From Fimbriimonadia bacterium (GTDB lineage: Bacteria; Armatimonadota; Fimbriimonadia; Fimbriimonadales; JABRVX01), in the NCBI GenBank assembly GCA_041483895.1, contig JBGPGO010000010.1:103069-167068 (forward strand): a stretch of DNA of 64,000 nucleotides, given 5' to 3'. The notes beneath the pieces are model-generated. The model did not search any database and was not told where the DNA came from. It was given only the letters and a program-made list of their open reading frames with translations. The translations under genes were made by a program, and so were the position numbers. Positions 39,389 through 49,066 of the stretch are shown piece by piece (positions within the stretch are counted from its first letter, which is position 1; each line of letters starts with the position of its first letter).

Positions 39389-39555
39389 GAACCCCTGATG
39401 TGTTCTCATCACTTCGCAGTGCGACTGAGAAGGGACCACCCTAGGCCCCAACATTCGAGCGGCCACTCCGTGGCATACTTATTGGCCAGCGGTTCTTCTC
39501 ATAGTCTGTGTGGGGATTGCAATCGCGTTCTTCGCCGTATTGGGGAGTTGCGTAA

Positions 39556-39867
39556 TTGGACGATCCTGAGATCCGTCACGTCTGTCCGAACTGCGGCCGG
39601 GAGCTTCCGGTCGGCGGCGCCTACTGCGAGAACTGTGGAGCGCCGCCCGTCTCGCCAACCTACAATCCCCCATGGATCCAGGCGCTCGTCGGCATCAGCG
39701 TCGCGCTGCTGATCCTCCCGATCGCCGCGTTAGGCATCTGCCTGGTGGGCGGCCTCGCGTCCGGCAATGGCAGCCTGCAATGGGTTTGCCCGGTCATGGG
39801 ACTTATTGTGGTCTTCGCAGGTGCACTGTACGTCGCGATCAAATATCTCTCTCGAAAGGATCAATAA
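39556..39867 (+). CDS. Zn-ribbon 2-TM small membrane protein
   Basis: CPNC..CENC then two hydrophobic helices; GGGGAG RBS. Confidence 0.65.
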   Translation: MDDPEIRHVCPNCGRELPVGGAYCENCGAPPVSPTYNPPWIQALVGISVALLILPIAALGICLVGGLASGNGSLQWVCPVMGLIVVFAGALYVAIKYLSRKDQ

Positions 39868-39870
39868 ACT

Positions 39871-40134
39871 ATGATCCAGCAAATGCAAAAGACTCTCGGC
39901 CAGCAGTATGAAAGCCTTGCCTTCAACTTCTGCAAGGCCGCGACAATAGTCCTTATTACCCAAAAATATGCCCTCCCCATCGCATCCGGCCTGGCCGCAA
40001 TTTTCTACTTCCTCACCGTCATTGCGGGGCAAAAAGAGACCCGCTGCTGGTTGCGTTTCCCGCTCCTCATCGGCGTTTTTTGGGCAAGCGTTTGTGGAGC
40101 CTCCATCTATTTGATGCTCCACAAGGGGCCATAA
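39871..40134 (+). CDS. Small hypothetical membrane protein
   Basis: 87-aa hydrophobic ORF packed between same-strand neighbours. Confidence 0.55.
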   Translation: MIQQMQKTLGQQYESLAFNFCKAATIVLITQKYALPIASGLAAIFYFLTVIAGQKETRCWLRFPLLIGVFWASVCGASIYLMLHKGP

Positions 40135-40140
40135 TCGGCG

Positions 40141-41469
40141 ATGCGTTTCCTCCTCCTCCTCTGCCTATTCCAATCCGCCCACGCCCAGGACATCGCCGCA
40201 AAAGCCGACGAGTTCCTGAATTCATACACCATACAGGACAAGTTCTCCGGCTCGGTCCTCATCGCCAAGGGCGGCAACGTGGTATTGGAGAAGGGCTACG
40301 GAATGGCGAACTACGAGCTGAACGTGCCATGCAAGCCCGAGACCAAATTCCGCCTCGGCTCCATCACCAAGCAGTTCACCGCCACCTGCATCATGCAATT
40401 GCAAGAAAAAGGCCTGCTCTCGACCGGCGACCTGATCAGCAAATATGTCGAGAATACGCCGGATGCTTGGAAAGACATCACAATCCATCATCTACTCACC
40501 CACACATCGGGACTCCCGAATTTCACCGCGGATATCGCTCTCTTTTCCGACCGCAGAAGGCCGCTGACCCCCATGCAACTGATCGAGAAGATGCGCGAGA
40601 AGCCCATGCGATTCAAACCTGGGGAGAAGTACGAGTACTGCAACACCGGTTACATAATCCTGACCGCCGTCATCGAGAAGGTGTCCGGGCAATCCTATGC
40701 CGACTATTTGCAAAGCCACATCTTGGATGTCGTCGGCATGAAGGATACAGGCAGCGACAATCACAGAATGGTACTGCCAAACCGGGCGTCCGGCTATTCG
40801 ATGGGAACGAATGGCTTGCGCAACAGCGACTTCATCGACATGAGCATTCCCGCCGGCGCGGGCTGCCTCTACTCAACCGTGCTGGACATGTACAAATGGG
40901 ACCGCGCCCTATACACTGAGAAACTGCTGACACGCGGCTCGCTGGACAAGATGTTCACGGCGGAAAAGAACAACTATGGCTACGGCTGGCTGATCGTCGA
41001 TCGCAACGGCCACAAGATGATCACGCACGACGGCGGGATAGACGGCTTCGTCTCACACATCGCCCGCTTCCCGCAGGACGACGACTGCCTCATCATCTTG
41101 TGCAATCGCGAGACCGACATCAGCGCCATCGAACGCGGCCTCGCCTCCATTCTCTTCGGCGAAAAATATGATCTGCCAAAAGCGCGCAAAGAGATCCCGC
41201 TTTCGACGGATATTCTCGACCGTTACGTCGGAGAATACGAGGCCAGCCCAACAATGGTATTCACCATACGCCGGGCAGGCGACCATCTGACGGCCCAGCT
41301 CACAGGCCAAGACGCCCTCCGCATCCATGCGTCCTCGGAACAAGAGTTCTTCCTGACGGAGGTCGACGCCACCATCACCTTCGAGCTGGATGCTGCAGGC
41401 GATCCAACAACTCTCGTCCTCCATCAGTCCGGAAGGGAGGTTAAAGCCCACCGCCCTCCACGGCTGTGA
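40141..41469 (+). CDS. Serine hydrolase (beta-lactamase class C / AmpC-like) with C-terminal domain
   Basis: GSITKQFTA (SxxK), LLTHTSGL, YEYCNTGY, HDGGIDGF. Confidence 0.92.
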   Translation: MRFLLLLCLFQSAHAQDIAAKADEFLNSYTIQDKFSGSVLIAKGGNVVLEKGYGMANYELNVPCKPETKFRLGSITKQFTATCIMQLQEKGLLSTGDLISKYVENTPDAWKDITIHHLLTHTSGLPNFTADIALFSDRRRPLTPMQLIEKMREKPMRFKPGEKYEYCNTGYIILTAVIEKVSGQSYADYLQSHILDVVGMKDTGSDNHRMVLPNRASGYSMGTNGLRNSDFIDMSIPAGAGCLYSTVLDMYKWDRALYTEKLLTRGSLDKMFTAEKNNYGYGWLIVDRNGHKMITHDGGIDGFVSHIARFPQDDDCLIILCNRETDISAIERGLASILFGEKYDLPKARKEIPLSTDILDRYVGEYEASPTMVFTIRRAGDHLTAQLTGQDALRIHASSEQEFFLTEVDATITFELDAAGDPTTLVLHQSGREVKAHRPPRL

Positions 41470-41499
41470 AGGGCGGTGTTGTAGGGAGGATTAAGAGGA

Positions 41500-42564
41500 C
41501 TAGTCGTCGCCTCTCATGCCAAAGTTGATGAACACGATGTTCAAGTCAATCAGGTCCACCAAACCGCTCCAATCGAGATCGCCGCTCCAATCGGCGGTGT
41601 TGAACGTAATAAAGATCGTATTCAGATCTTGAAGATCGACAGAGTTGTCTCCCGTCGCATCTCCATTGACCAACGAATAGTTGATGGCATTCGTGCCATT
41701 CGCGATCGTGGTGGAAGATGTCTTCGATCGCAGCCAGTTGTAACCTCTCACAGCGATGTCATAGGTTCCGGTTGTCACGGGCGCCGCGGTGTAGTTGCCG
41801 GAGGCGTCCAAAACGATGGGGTAACTGCACACGACATTCGTGGTGCCGGGCGTGCGAAACTCGAGGTCGAGTCCTATGCCCTCCGGGGTGCCAACGAGGT
41901 CCTGGAGCTCGAGAGTTCCAGTGACGGCGGCGCCGGCCGAAAGTTGCACATGGAGATCATCCAATGCCAGCGCTTGCAGGTTTGGGTCGACACTGTTGTC
42001 GATCCGGCACCGCACCTGCAGTTGATCGAATCCGTCCGGGTCGTAGAAACCGATGATGGAACCGAGTTGCAGCGTGGGATTCGGCCCGATCTGCCCAGAG
42101 GAAACGACCGTCCCCCCGTTCAGCGTCTGCCACTCTACGTATGCTCTGTCGTTGCCCCAAGGGACACCGGTAATGTCGCCGGTCGTCCAACCGTTGCCGT
42201 ATAGGAACTCGACTCCGTAGAGCTTCGTGGAATCCGTTGTCTCAATCGTCACCCATTCCAATGATCCGCCATCCGGATAATAGAAGGCCTGTGTCGCCGG
42301 ATCCAGCGGCAGATGGAACGGATTGAAATAGGGCTGCACACTGGGACCCCAACCGGACAGGCTGTCTCCCGAAGTCCCGACGAACAGCCCGTTCTCCACA
42401 TAATCGCTTATTGACGTCCCGTTGTGTAGGTAATCGAGGAGATCGAACGTGGCCGCCCGATCGATGGTGGCCACCGCCGATCCTGGACCAAGAGTCTGGT
42501 GTGTCGATCCGATCGCCGGAAGACTCAAGATCGCCAATCCGATTGACAGCAAGTAATTTCGCAT
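41500..42564 (-). CDS. Secreted protein with C-terminal dockerin/EF-hand-like module
   Basis: Signal peptide; NGDATGDNSVDLQDLN..DLDWSGLVDLIDLNIVFINFGMRGDD. Confidence 0.8.
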   Translation of the reverse strand: MRNYLLSIGLAILSLPAIGSTHQTLGPGSAVATIDRAATFDLLDYLHNGTSISDYVENGLFVGTSGDSLSGWGPSVQPYFNPFHLPLDPATQAFYYPDGGSLEWVTIETTDSTKLYGVEFLYGNGWTTGDITGVPWGNDRAYVEWQTLNGGTVVSSGQIGPNPTLQLGSIIGFYDPDGFDQLQVRCRIDNSVDPNLQALALDDLHVQLSAGAAVTGTLELQDLVGTPEGIGLDLEFRTPGTTNVVCSYPIVLDASGNYTAAPVTTGTYDIAVRGYNWLRSKTSSTTIANGTNAINYSLVNGDATGDNSVDLQDLNTIFITFNTADWSGDLDWSGLVDLIDLNIVFINFGMRGDD

Positions 42565-42574
42565 CTTGTTTTCC

Positions 42575-43687
42575 TCAGTTCACTCCCGTCATCGCAAAAT
42601 TGATGAACACTATGTTCATGTCGGGCAAATCCACCAAGCCGCTGCCGTCAAGGTCCACGATAGGATCCGACATGTCGAACGTGATGAAAATCTGATTAAG
42701 GTCGTTCAGGTCGATGCCGTTATCCCCGTTCGCGTCGCCATTGACTAAGGAAAGGTTCACGGTGTTTGGGCCATTGACCATCGTTTGCGATGGGGCCATC
42801 GCGCGTAGCCAATGATCAAATTTCACGGCGACATCAAACGTGCCCGCCGGCAGAATACTGATGGTGTAGTGTCCAGCGCCGTCAAGGGTGATAGGATAAC
42901 TGTAAAGAACGTTTGTCGTTCCTGGCGCCCGGCATTCGAGCGCCGCCGAACGGCCCGCAGGGCTGACGGCCAGATTCTGTAACTCTATGGTCCCATTAAG
43001 GGACGCAGTTGTGTAGGTGCCGGACACAATCATGGATCGGCCCTCCGGCAACACCACGTACCAATCGCCGCCCGCAGGCGATCCACCGCGAATGAACTGA
43101 AACGTATGGCTTGAGCCGCCAATGCCTTGTGCCCAGTTCCACTCCAAGTAGGCCACGTCCGTTAGAGCTATAATCGCCACGAACCACCGAGGGTTTGAGC
43201 TGTTGTTCGCGGCTAGGGTGACCGGCGTGGGCAGATTTACGCTGTAGTGTGTTGTTCCGGTGGGGTCTCCAACGGCAGAGTAGCTCGTGATCGTATAGGA
43301 TTTCTCCGGCTGTGCGCCTAGCGAGCGGAAGACCGCGTACGGCTGGTAGGCGATAGTGCCGGGATCCTGCTTCCAAAACTCGATTTGAAATCCGTGATTC
43401 GGCGGCCCATCTCCCCACCACTCAAGGTGATTGATTTGGGCGGCGTTCGTTAGGACGAAATCCTCATAACAGATCGCATCCCCGTCCAAGTCGTTGCCCT
43501 GGCCCGACGGGTCCACCCAGAGTTTCGACCACCGCATCGTCCCGCCTCCACTCGCGGGCGGTTGATTGGACATGGTGTCGGCCTGCGAAATGGACCAGAC
43601 CGTCAGGCAGACGACCACCAATAGGCCGTTGCCCCATCGGCGAGGTAGCCTGTTCTTAATACTGTTGTTGATGAGTGTCTTTGTCAT
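42575..43687 (-). CDS. Secreted protein with C-terminal dockerin/EF-hand-like module
   Basis: NGDANGDNGIDLNDLN..DLDGSGLVDLPDMNIVFINFAMTG; start taken at ATG 43687. Confidence 0.78.
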   Translation of the reverse strand: MTKTLINNSIKNRLPRRWGNGLLVVVCLTVWSISQADTMSNQPPASGGGTMRWSKLWVDPSGQGNDLDGDAICYEDFVLTNAAQINHLEWWGDGPPNHGFQIEFWKQDPGTIAYQPYAVFRSLGAQPEKSYTITSYSAVGDPTGTTHYSVNLPTPVTLAANNSSNPRWFVAIIALTDVAYLEWNWAQGIGGSSHTFQFIRGGSPAGGDWYVVLPEGRSMIVSGTYTTASLNGTIELQNLAVSPAGRSAALECRAPGTTNVLYSYPITLDGAGHYTISILPAGTFDVAVKFDHWLRAMAPSQTMVNGPNTVNLSLVNGDANGDNGIDLNDLNQIFITFDMSDPIVDLDGSGLVDLPDMNIVFINFAMTGVN

Positions 43688-44008
43688 AATCGCAACCCTT
43701 TGCAAACGTGAGAGAATCGGTCGGCGTAAGGTGCCTGTGGTAGTTCTAAGAAAAAAGGGACGTACAGCTTGCGTCGCCTCGAGCGGAGTCGAGGCCACTG
43801 TAGAGCGCCGAGTAGGAGCGCTTGCTTTCGCCTTCCTACTGCATCCGACCAACGAGAATTCACGCATATGGTCAAATGAATTCTATTTCCAATCGGTTTG
43901 GACCGCAAGTCGTAATAATCATCGACGCATTGCCCTACAATCGAACCTCACCGGGCTGAAACGACGCCGCCGATACAGGAGTTCGTACCGGGCGGCCAGA
44001 ATTAGAGT

Positions 44009-46459
44009 GTGATGCGGCGGGGGATGACGGCTCTCGGGATGATATGGGTCTGCCTGGCGGCGGGCCAAGGCCCGCCAACGCCAAGCGGGGAAGTGATCCA
44101 CCTTCGCATGCTCGGCGGCATCGGCACCTGGGGGATACCCCCAAAAGAGGCCACCTCGCCCCGAGAAAGGGCCAACCGAGCCGTCTTCGAGGCCTTCCAC
44201 AAAGCTCATCCCAATATAGTCATCGACAGCATCGGCGGAATCCAGCTCAAGGGACCGGCCAGCGAATCCAACTTCCTGCTCTCCATGGCAGGGAACTCCG
44301 CGCCGGACGTGTTCTACGTCAACTTCCGCCAGCTTTACAACTTCTATGCCCAGGGGTTCATGTACCCGCTCGACGAGTACCTGGCAAAGGACCCGCACGT
44401 GATGGACGGCATCGTGTCCCAGATTCGCGATGTCGTGACGGTCAACGGCCATGTCTATTGCATGCCCTGGTTCCAAGTCTGCATGGCGCTCTACTATCGC
44501 AAGGACCTATTCGCCGCCGCCGGGCTGGACCCCAACCGCCCGCCCCGCACCTGGGACGAGTTCTACGAATACGGCAAGAAGCTGACGATTCCGTCGCTGC
44601 CTCAGTACGCATTTCTGTTCGACGTCGCGCCGCAGGCGAAGGGTTGGTTTTGGACCAACTTTCTGTGGCAGGCGGGCGGGGAAGTGCTGAAACGCGATCC
44701 GGACGGGCAGTTCCGGGCGGCCTTCAATACACCGGAAGGCGTGACGGCCCTCAGGTTTTTCAAGAAGCTGACGACCGAGACGTGGGTGGAGCACGGAAAG
44801 GTAATGGGTCCCGTCGCGCCGGTAAAGCCCGGCATCTGGGACGAGGTCAACGCGGGGCGCGTCGCCATGTGGTTCAGCTATTCCAGTGACGTGATGGTCA
44901 ACATGTCCGAAATTAACCCGGAGCTGATCGGCATTGCCCCGCTGCCGGCCGGTCCCGCCGGGCAGGCAAACGAGATCAATGCCGGCATGTGGGCGATCAA
45001 CGCGTTGGTAAAGGACAAGCGGAAGCGGGATGCCGCCTGGGAGTTCATCAAATTCATGGCCAGCGACGATGCCGCCCGCGTGCGCACGGAGGCGTTCGTC
45101 AGCGCCGGGCTCGCGAAACTGGTTAATCCCGTGCATCTCAAAAAATTTGGGTACGGTCAGTATGCTAGGGAAGTTGACCCGGCTTGGGTCCAGGCCAACG
45201 AAGAGGTGTTCAAGCACGGCCGGCCGGAGGTCAATGGCAAGAACTGCCAAATGGTCTACCTGACGCTTGACCAGCCGCTCGAGCAGATCATCCAGTATCC
45301 GGATGCAAACCTAAAGGGCCTGCTAGACGCCGCTGCCGCGGACATGAACAAGCGGATGCTGGAGTACGTTGAGCCAAAGGTGAGGGAACAGCGCCGAAGG
45401 GGGGCTTGGTCCGTCCTTGCCGGGGTGTTGGTGCTGGCGGCCATATTAATAGGCCGGGCAATCTGGAAATCGCGAGGGCGCACGGAGGACTTCGAGGTGA
45501 GTCGCCCGGCCGGCTCCAAGCACCGCACCGCTTGGTTGACGGTCTGGCTGCTGATGGCCCCGGCGGTGCTTTCCGTTGTGATCTGGGCCTACTATCCGCT
45601 GGCCCGCGGCCTCACCATCGCCTTCCAGGACTACAAGCTGATCCAGCCGACCACCTGGGTCGGTATGGACAATTTTGTCGATGTGTTCTATTCGGAGCTG
45701 TTCTGGAAAGGGCTGCTGAACAGCGCGCTGTACACGGCGTTGGCGCTCGGAATCGGCTTCGTCTTGCCTATCCTCCTGGCAATCGGATTGAATGAGATTC
45801 CCAAGGGAAAGATGCTGTTTCGGACGCTCTACTACCTGCCGGCGGTTACCAGCGGCATCGTCATCATGCTCGTCTGGCGCGACTTCTTCTCCGGCGGCGA
45901 TACCGGGCTGATGAACGTGCTGACCGCCCCACTTTTCTCTCTTCTGAACAGCGGCATCCATGGCATAAACGGCCTGTTCCACGCCCATATCGCCGAATTC
46001 GCGCTGACCCACGATTGGCTCGGCGATCCCCATTGGGCGATGATCGCCGTCGTGCTGCCTGCCGTCTGGGCGGGAGCCGGGCCGGGAAGCATCATCTACC
46101 TTGCCGCGATGAAGAACGTACCGGAGGAGATGTATGAGGCGGCCGATCTGGACGGGGCCGGAGTTTGGACCAAGATTCGGCACATCACCTTGCCGGGGCT
46201 AAAGCCGCTGATCATCATCAATCTGGTCGGGGTGTTCATCGCCAGCTTCAAGGCGATGGAGAATATCTTCGTCATGACCGGCGGCGGGCCGCTCAACGCC
46301 ACCCATGTTCTCGGGCTCGAGATTTGGTACAACGCCTTCATCTACCTCAAATTCGGGTACGCGACGGCCGCGGCCTGGATCATGGGCGCCTTGCTCATTG
46401 GGTTCACCATGATGCAGGTCCGAAACCTGTTGCGCATGAGATTCTCTTCCGCCAAGTAA
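44009..46459 (+). CDS. Fused sugar ABC solute-binding protein + permease
   Basis: SBP motifs (APDV, LYYRKDLF..AGLDP..PPRTWDE, AAWEFIKF) followed by a MalF-type permease (YYLPAVTS, EEMYEAADLDGA EAA loop). Confidence 0.92.
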   Translation: MMRRGMTALGMIWVCLAAGQGPPTPSGEVIHLRMLGGIGTWGIPPKEATSPRERANRAVFEAFHKAHPNIVIDSIGGIQLKGPASESNFLLSMAGNSAPDVFYVNFRQLYNFYAQGFMYPLDEYLAKDPHVMDGIVSQIRDVVTVNGHVYCMPWFQVCMALYYRKDLFAAAGLDPNRPPRTWDEFYEYGKKLTIPSLPQYAFLFDVAPQAKGWFWTNFLWQAGGEVLKRDPDGQFRAAFNTPEGVTALRFFKKLTTETWVEHGKVMGPVAPVKPGIWDEVNAGRVAMWFSYSSDVMVNMSEINPELIGIAPLPAGPAGQANEINAGMWAINALVKDKRKRDAAWEFIKFMASDDAARVRTEAFVSAGLAKLVNPVHLKKFGYGQYAREVDPAWVQANEEVFKHGRPEVNGKNCQMVYLTLDQPLEQIIQYPDANLKGLLDAAAADMNKRMLEYVEPKVREQRRRGAWSVLAGVLVLAAILIGRAIWKSRGRTEDFEVSRPAGSKHRTAWLTVWLLMAPAVLSVVIWAYYPLARGLTIAFQDYKLIQPTTWVGMDNFVDVFYSELFWKGLLNSALYTALALGIGFVLPILLAIGLNEIPKGKMLFRTLYYLPAVTSGIVIMLVWRDFFSGGDTGLMNVLTAPLFSLLNSGIHGINGLFHAHIAEFALTHDWLGDPHWAMIAVVLPAVWAGAGPGSIIYLAAMKNVPEEMYEAADLDGAGVWTKIRHITLPGLKPLIIINLVGVFIASFKAMENIFVMTGGGPLNATHVLGLEIWYNAFIYLKFGYATAAAWIMGALLIGFTMMQVRNLLRMRFSSAK

Positions 46460-46469
46460 AATCACCCTG

Positions 46470-47495
46470 GTGGGATTCTACAAACAGCTTCTCCGGCCGA
46501 TTCTGTTCCGGCTCGACCCGGAAACCGCGCATAGTTTGGCTATGCGGGCGCTTCGGTTCGTCCCCGGGGTCCAAGTCCACGATCCGATCCTGCGGCAGGA
46601 CCTGTTTGGCCGGACCTTCCCGAACCCGATCGGACTCGCCGCCGGGCTTGATAAGGACGGCGAGCATGTTGGGGATTGGGAGCGGCTCGGCTTTGGCTTC
46701 GTGGAGGTCGGGACCGTAACGCCGAGGCCGCAAGTAGGCAATCCACGCCCACGGCTGTTCCGCCTCCCAGCCGACCAAGCATTAATTAATCGCATGGGTT
46801 TCAATAACCAAGGCGCGGAAGCTCTTGGAAATCGCCTGCGAGGCACAAAGGTGACCATCCCAATCGGTGTCAACATCGGCAAGCAAAAGGAGACGCCGCT
46901 CGATAACGCGCCGGAGGATTACGCGGAATGTGTCCGCCTGCTGGATTTCGCGCCCGCCTACTTCGCCATCAACGTCAGCTCGCCGAATACCCCCGGCCTG
47001 CGGGAGTTGCAGGATGCGAGCCTCCTCGCGGACATCATCGATGCGGTGCGGGCCGTGACAAAGGCACCTCTCTTCGTGAAGATCGCGCCGGACCTAACTT
47101 GGGAACAGATCGATGCCGTGATAACGTTGGCGATGGACAAGAAGCTCCAAGGCATCATCGCGACGAACACGACCATCGCAAGAGACGGACTCGTGACGCC
47201 GATTGCCGAAGAGGGCGGGCTGAGTGGCCGCCCGCTCCGAAGTCGTTCGACGGAAGTAATCCGCCACATTCGCGCCGCATCAAAGGATTTGACTCTAATC
47301 GGTGTAGGCGGCGTGTCATCACCCGAAGAAGCGTTGGAAAAGCTGCTGGCGGGCGCGTCTCTGGTGCAGCTTTACACCGGAATCGTGTACGAAGGACCGG
47401 AATTGCCGGCGAGCATTGCGAAGGGCCTTGCCGCGTTGCTCAGGGCCAGAGGGTTCACTAGTGTTGTGCAGGCCATCGGAAGCGACGTACAATAG
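46470..47495 (+). CDS. pyrD: Dihydroorotate dehydrogenase (quinone, class 2)
   Basis: LAAGLDK, NRMGFNN, NVSSPNTPGLR, KIAPDL, GGLSG, VQLYTG. Confidence 0.96.
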   Translation: MGFYKQLLRPILFRLDPETAHSLAMRALRFVPGVQVHDPILRQDLFGRTFPNPIGLAAGLDKDGEHVGDWERLGFGFVEVGTVTPRPQVGNPRPRLFRLPADQALINRMGFNNQGAEALGNRLRGTKVTIPIGVNIGKQKETPLDNAPEDYAECVRLLDFAPAYFAINVSSPNTPGLRELQDASLLADIIDAVRAVTKAPLFVKIAPDLTWEQIDAVITLAMDKKLQGIIATNTTIARDGLVTPIAEEGGLSGRPLRSRSTEVIRHIRAASKDLTLIGVGGVSSPEEALEKLLAGASLVQLYTGIVYEGPELPASIAKGLAALLRARGFTSVVQAIGSDVQ

Positions 47496-47500
47496 CCCTC

Positions 47501-48043
47501 GTGAGCGATCCCAAGCCCTGGTACTACGTGGAAGCGGGCCGAGTGCTCGGTCCGATGACCGAACAAGAGATGATGACCGGCATCTATGAGGCCTACATTG
47601 CGCCCGAAACCCCGGTCTGGACAGACGGGATGACCGGCTGGGCGGCCATCGCGACCGTGAGCGAGTTCTTTCAGAAATTCAATCCCGACGAGCGGCGGGA
47701 TGCCCGCCAGCGCATGACCAGCCAACTGCCGCCGATACCTTTGATCCAGCGGTCGGCCCCTCCGCCAATGCCGATGATTCCGCCACAGCCCATGCCCTAT
47801 CTCGTACCCATCGAGCCGCCGAAGAACAAGGTAGTGGCGGGACTGCTCGGTATCTTCCTCGGAAGTTTCGGCATCCACCGGTTCTATCTCGGCTACAACG
47901 GGATCGGCGTCCTGATGCTGCTGATCACCGTGCTCACTTGCGGCTACGGCGGCGTCATTACAAGTATCTGGGGAATTGTCGAAGGCGTTCTCTGCCTCAC
48001 CGGCAGCATGACCGATGTGAAGGGTCAACCCCTCGTCGGATGA
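47501..48043 (+). CDS. GYF_2-like + Pro-rich + TM2 domain protein
   Basis: WYY..GP..TPVWTDGMTGW; KNKVVAGLLGIFLGSFGIHRFYLG. Confidence 0.85.
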   Translation: MSDPKPWYYVEAGRVLGPMTEQEMMTGIYEAYIAPETPVWTDGMTGWAAIATVSEFFQKFNPDERRDARQRMTSQLPPIPLIQRSAPPPMPMIPPQPMPYLVPIEPPKNKVVAGLLGIFLGSFGIHRFYLGYNGIGVLMLLITVLTCGYGGVITSIWGIVEGVLCLTGSMTDVKGQPLVG

Positions 48044-48627
48044 GCGCCTGGTATTACGTCGAGGCGGACAAGGTGATGGGCCCGCTCACGGAGGATGAGA
48101 TGCACGCGGGGACAGGTGGAGGGATGCTGCCGCCGGAAACCCCCGTCTGGTGCGAGGGCATGGCGGGATGGACCATCGTTTCCGAGACAAGCCTGTTCGC
48201 GCGCCACTTTTCCCCCCAACAGCGGGAATGGGCGAAACTGAAGCCATTCGAAATTTTGCCGCCGCTTCCACAAATTAGCCTTCCACCCCCGCTACCCGAC
48301 GCCGGGCCGAGCTATTCTTCCTATCCCGGACCGCCGACCACCCCTTATCCCATCGTTCCTCCTCCCACGGATGCGGGCTACGGCTTCACGGTCTACTCGC
48401 CCCCCAAGAGCAAGATCGCGGCGGGGCTCTTCGGCATTTTCTTAGGCATGTTCGGCGTGCACCGGTTCTATTTGGGCTACACCACGGTGGGGATAGTCCA
48501 GGCATGTCTTACCGTCGTCAGTTGTTTCACGCTTTCACCCATCACGTTCGTTTGGGGCCTGGTGGAAGGCATCCTGTGCCTCACCGGCAGCATGAAGGAC
48601 GCCCGTGGCTATCCGCTTGCGGATTAA
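48040..48627 (+). CDS. GYF_2-like + Pro-rich + TM2 domain protein (paralog)
   Basis: ATGA-coupled; KSKIAAGLFGIFLGMFGVHRFYLG. Confidence 0.85.
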   Translation: MSAWYYVEADKVMGPLTEDEMHAGTGGGMLPPETPVWCEGMAGWTIVSETSLFARHFSPQQREWAKLKPFEILPPLPQISLPPPLPDAGPSYSSYPGPPTTPYPIVPPPTDAGYGFTVYSPPKSKIAAGLFGIFLGMFGVHRFYLGYTTVGIVQACLTVVSCFTLSPITFVWGLVEGILCLTGSMKDARGYPLAD

Positions 48628-48636
48628 AATCTTAAT

Positions 48637-48673
48637 CCCCTCCCCCGCTTACGGAGGTGGGTTAGGGTGGGGG
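48637..48673. repeat. REP-like palindrome family A (degenerate)
   Basis: CCCCTCCCCCGCTTACGGAGGTGGGTTAGGGTGGGGG. Confidence 0.75.
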
Positions 48674-49050
48674 TCTTTTTGCTCGGCGGGCTAGCGAACA
48701 CCGCCGGAAAACTGTCAGCCGCTCTATGCCTGGCGGCTACGGCGCCTGTCTGGATGCTCTGGGGATGGGCAGCGGCGCTGGGATTGTGGCTCGGATGGCT
48801 GGCGGCGGCGGCGCCTATGATCTGGCACGCCCGTCTGCTGCCGAAATGGATTCGATCGGACGAGCCGGGGCCGAATCTCAAGCTGCGCCTACTGGTGATT
48901 TCCTTCCTAAAGTATCCTCTTTACGTGATTGTGATTTTTTTCACGACAAAACTGGGATTGGCCGCCGCCGCCTCCTTCGTGGGTGGTGCGACTAGTGTAT
49001 ACTTGGCGCTGGCCGCGGGGGCTGTCCGGTCCCTGCGTTCCGGTGACTAG
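48667..49050 (+). CDS. atpI: ATP synthase protein I-like membrane protein
   Basis: 4-TM ORF directly before atpB; the predicted start lies in the repeat, so it is uncertain. Confidence 0.6.
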   Translation: MGVFLLGGLANTAGKLSAALCLAATAPVWMLWGWAAALGLWLGWLAAAAPMIWHARLLPKWIRSDEPGPNLKLRLLVISFLKYPLYVIVIFFTTKLGLAAAASFVGGATSVYLALAAGAVRSLRSGD

Positions 49051-49066
49051 CTACGGAGGAGAAGGG

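Noticed and set aside
43688..43867. Extended N-terminus of the 42575-43867 ORF
   Set aside because: The region is hairpin-rich and the signal-peptide-like segment begins after ATG 43687
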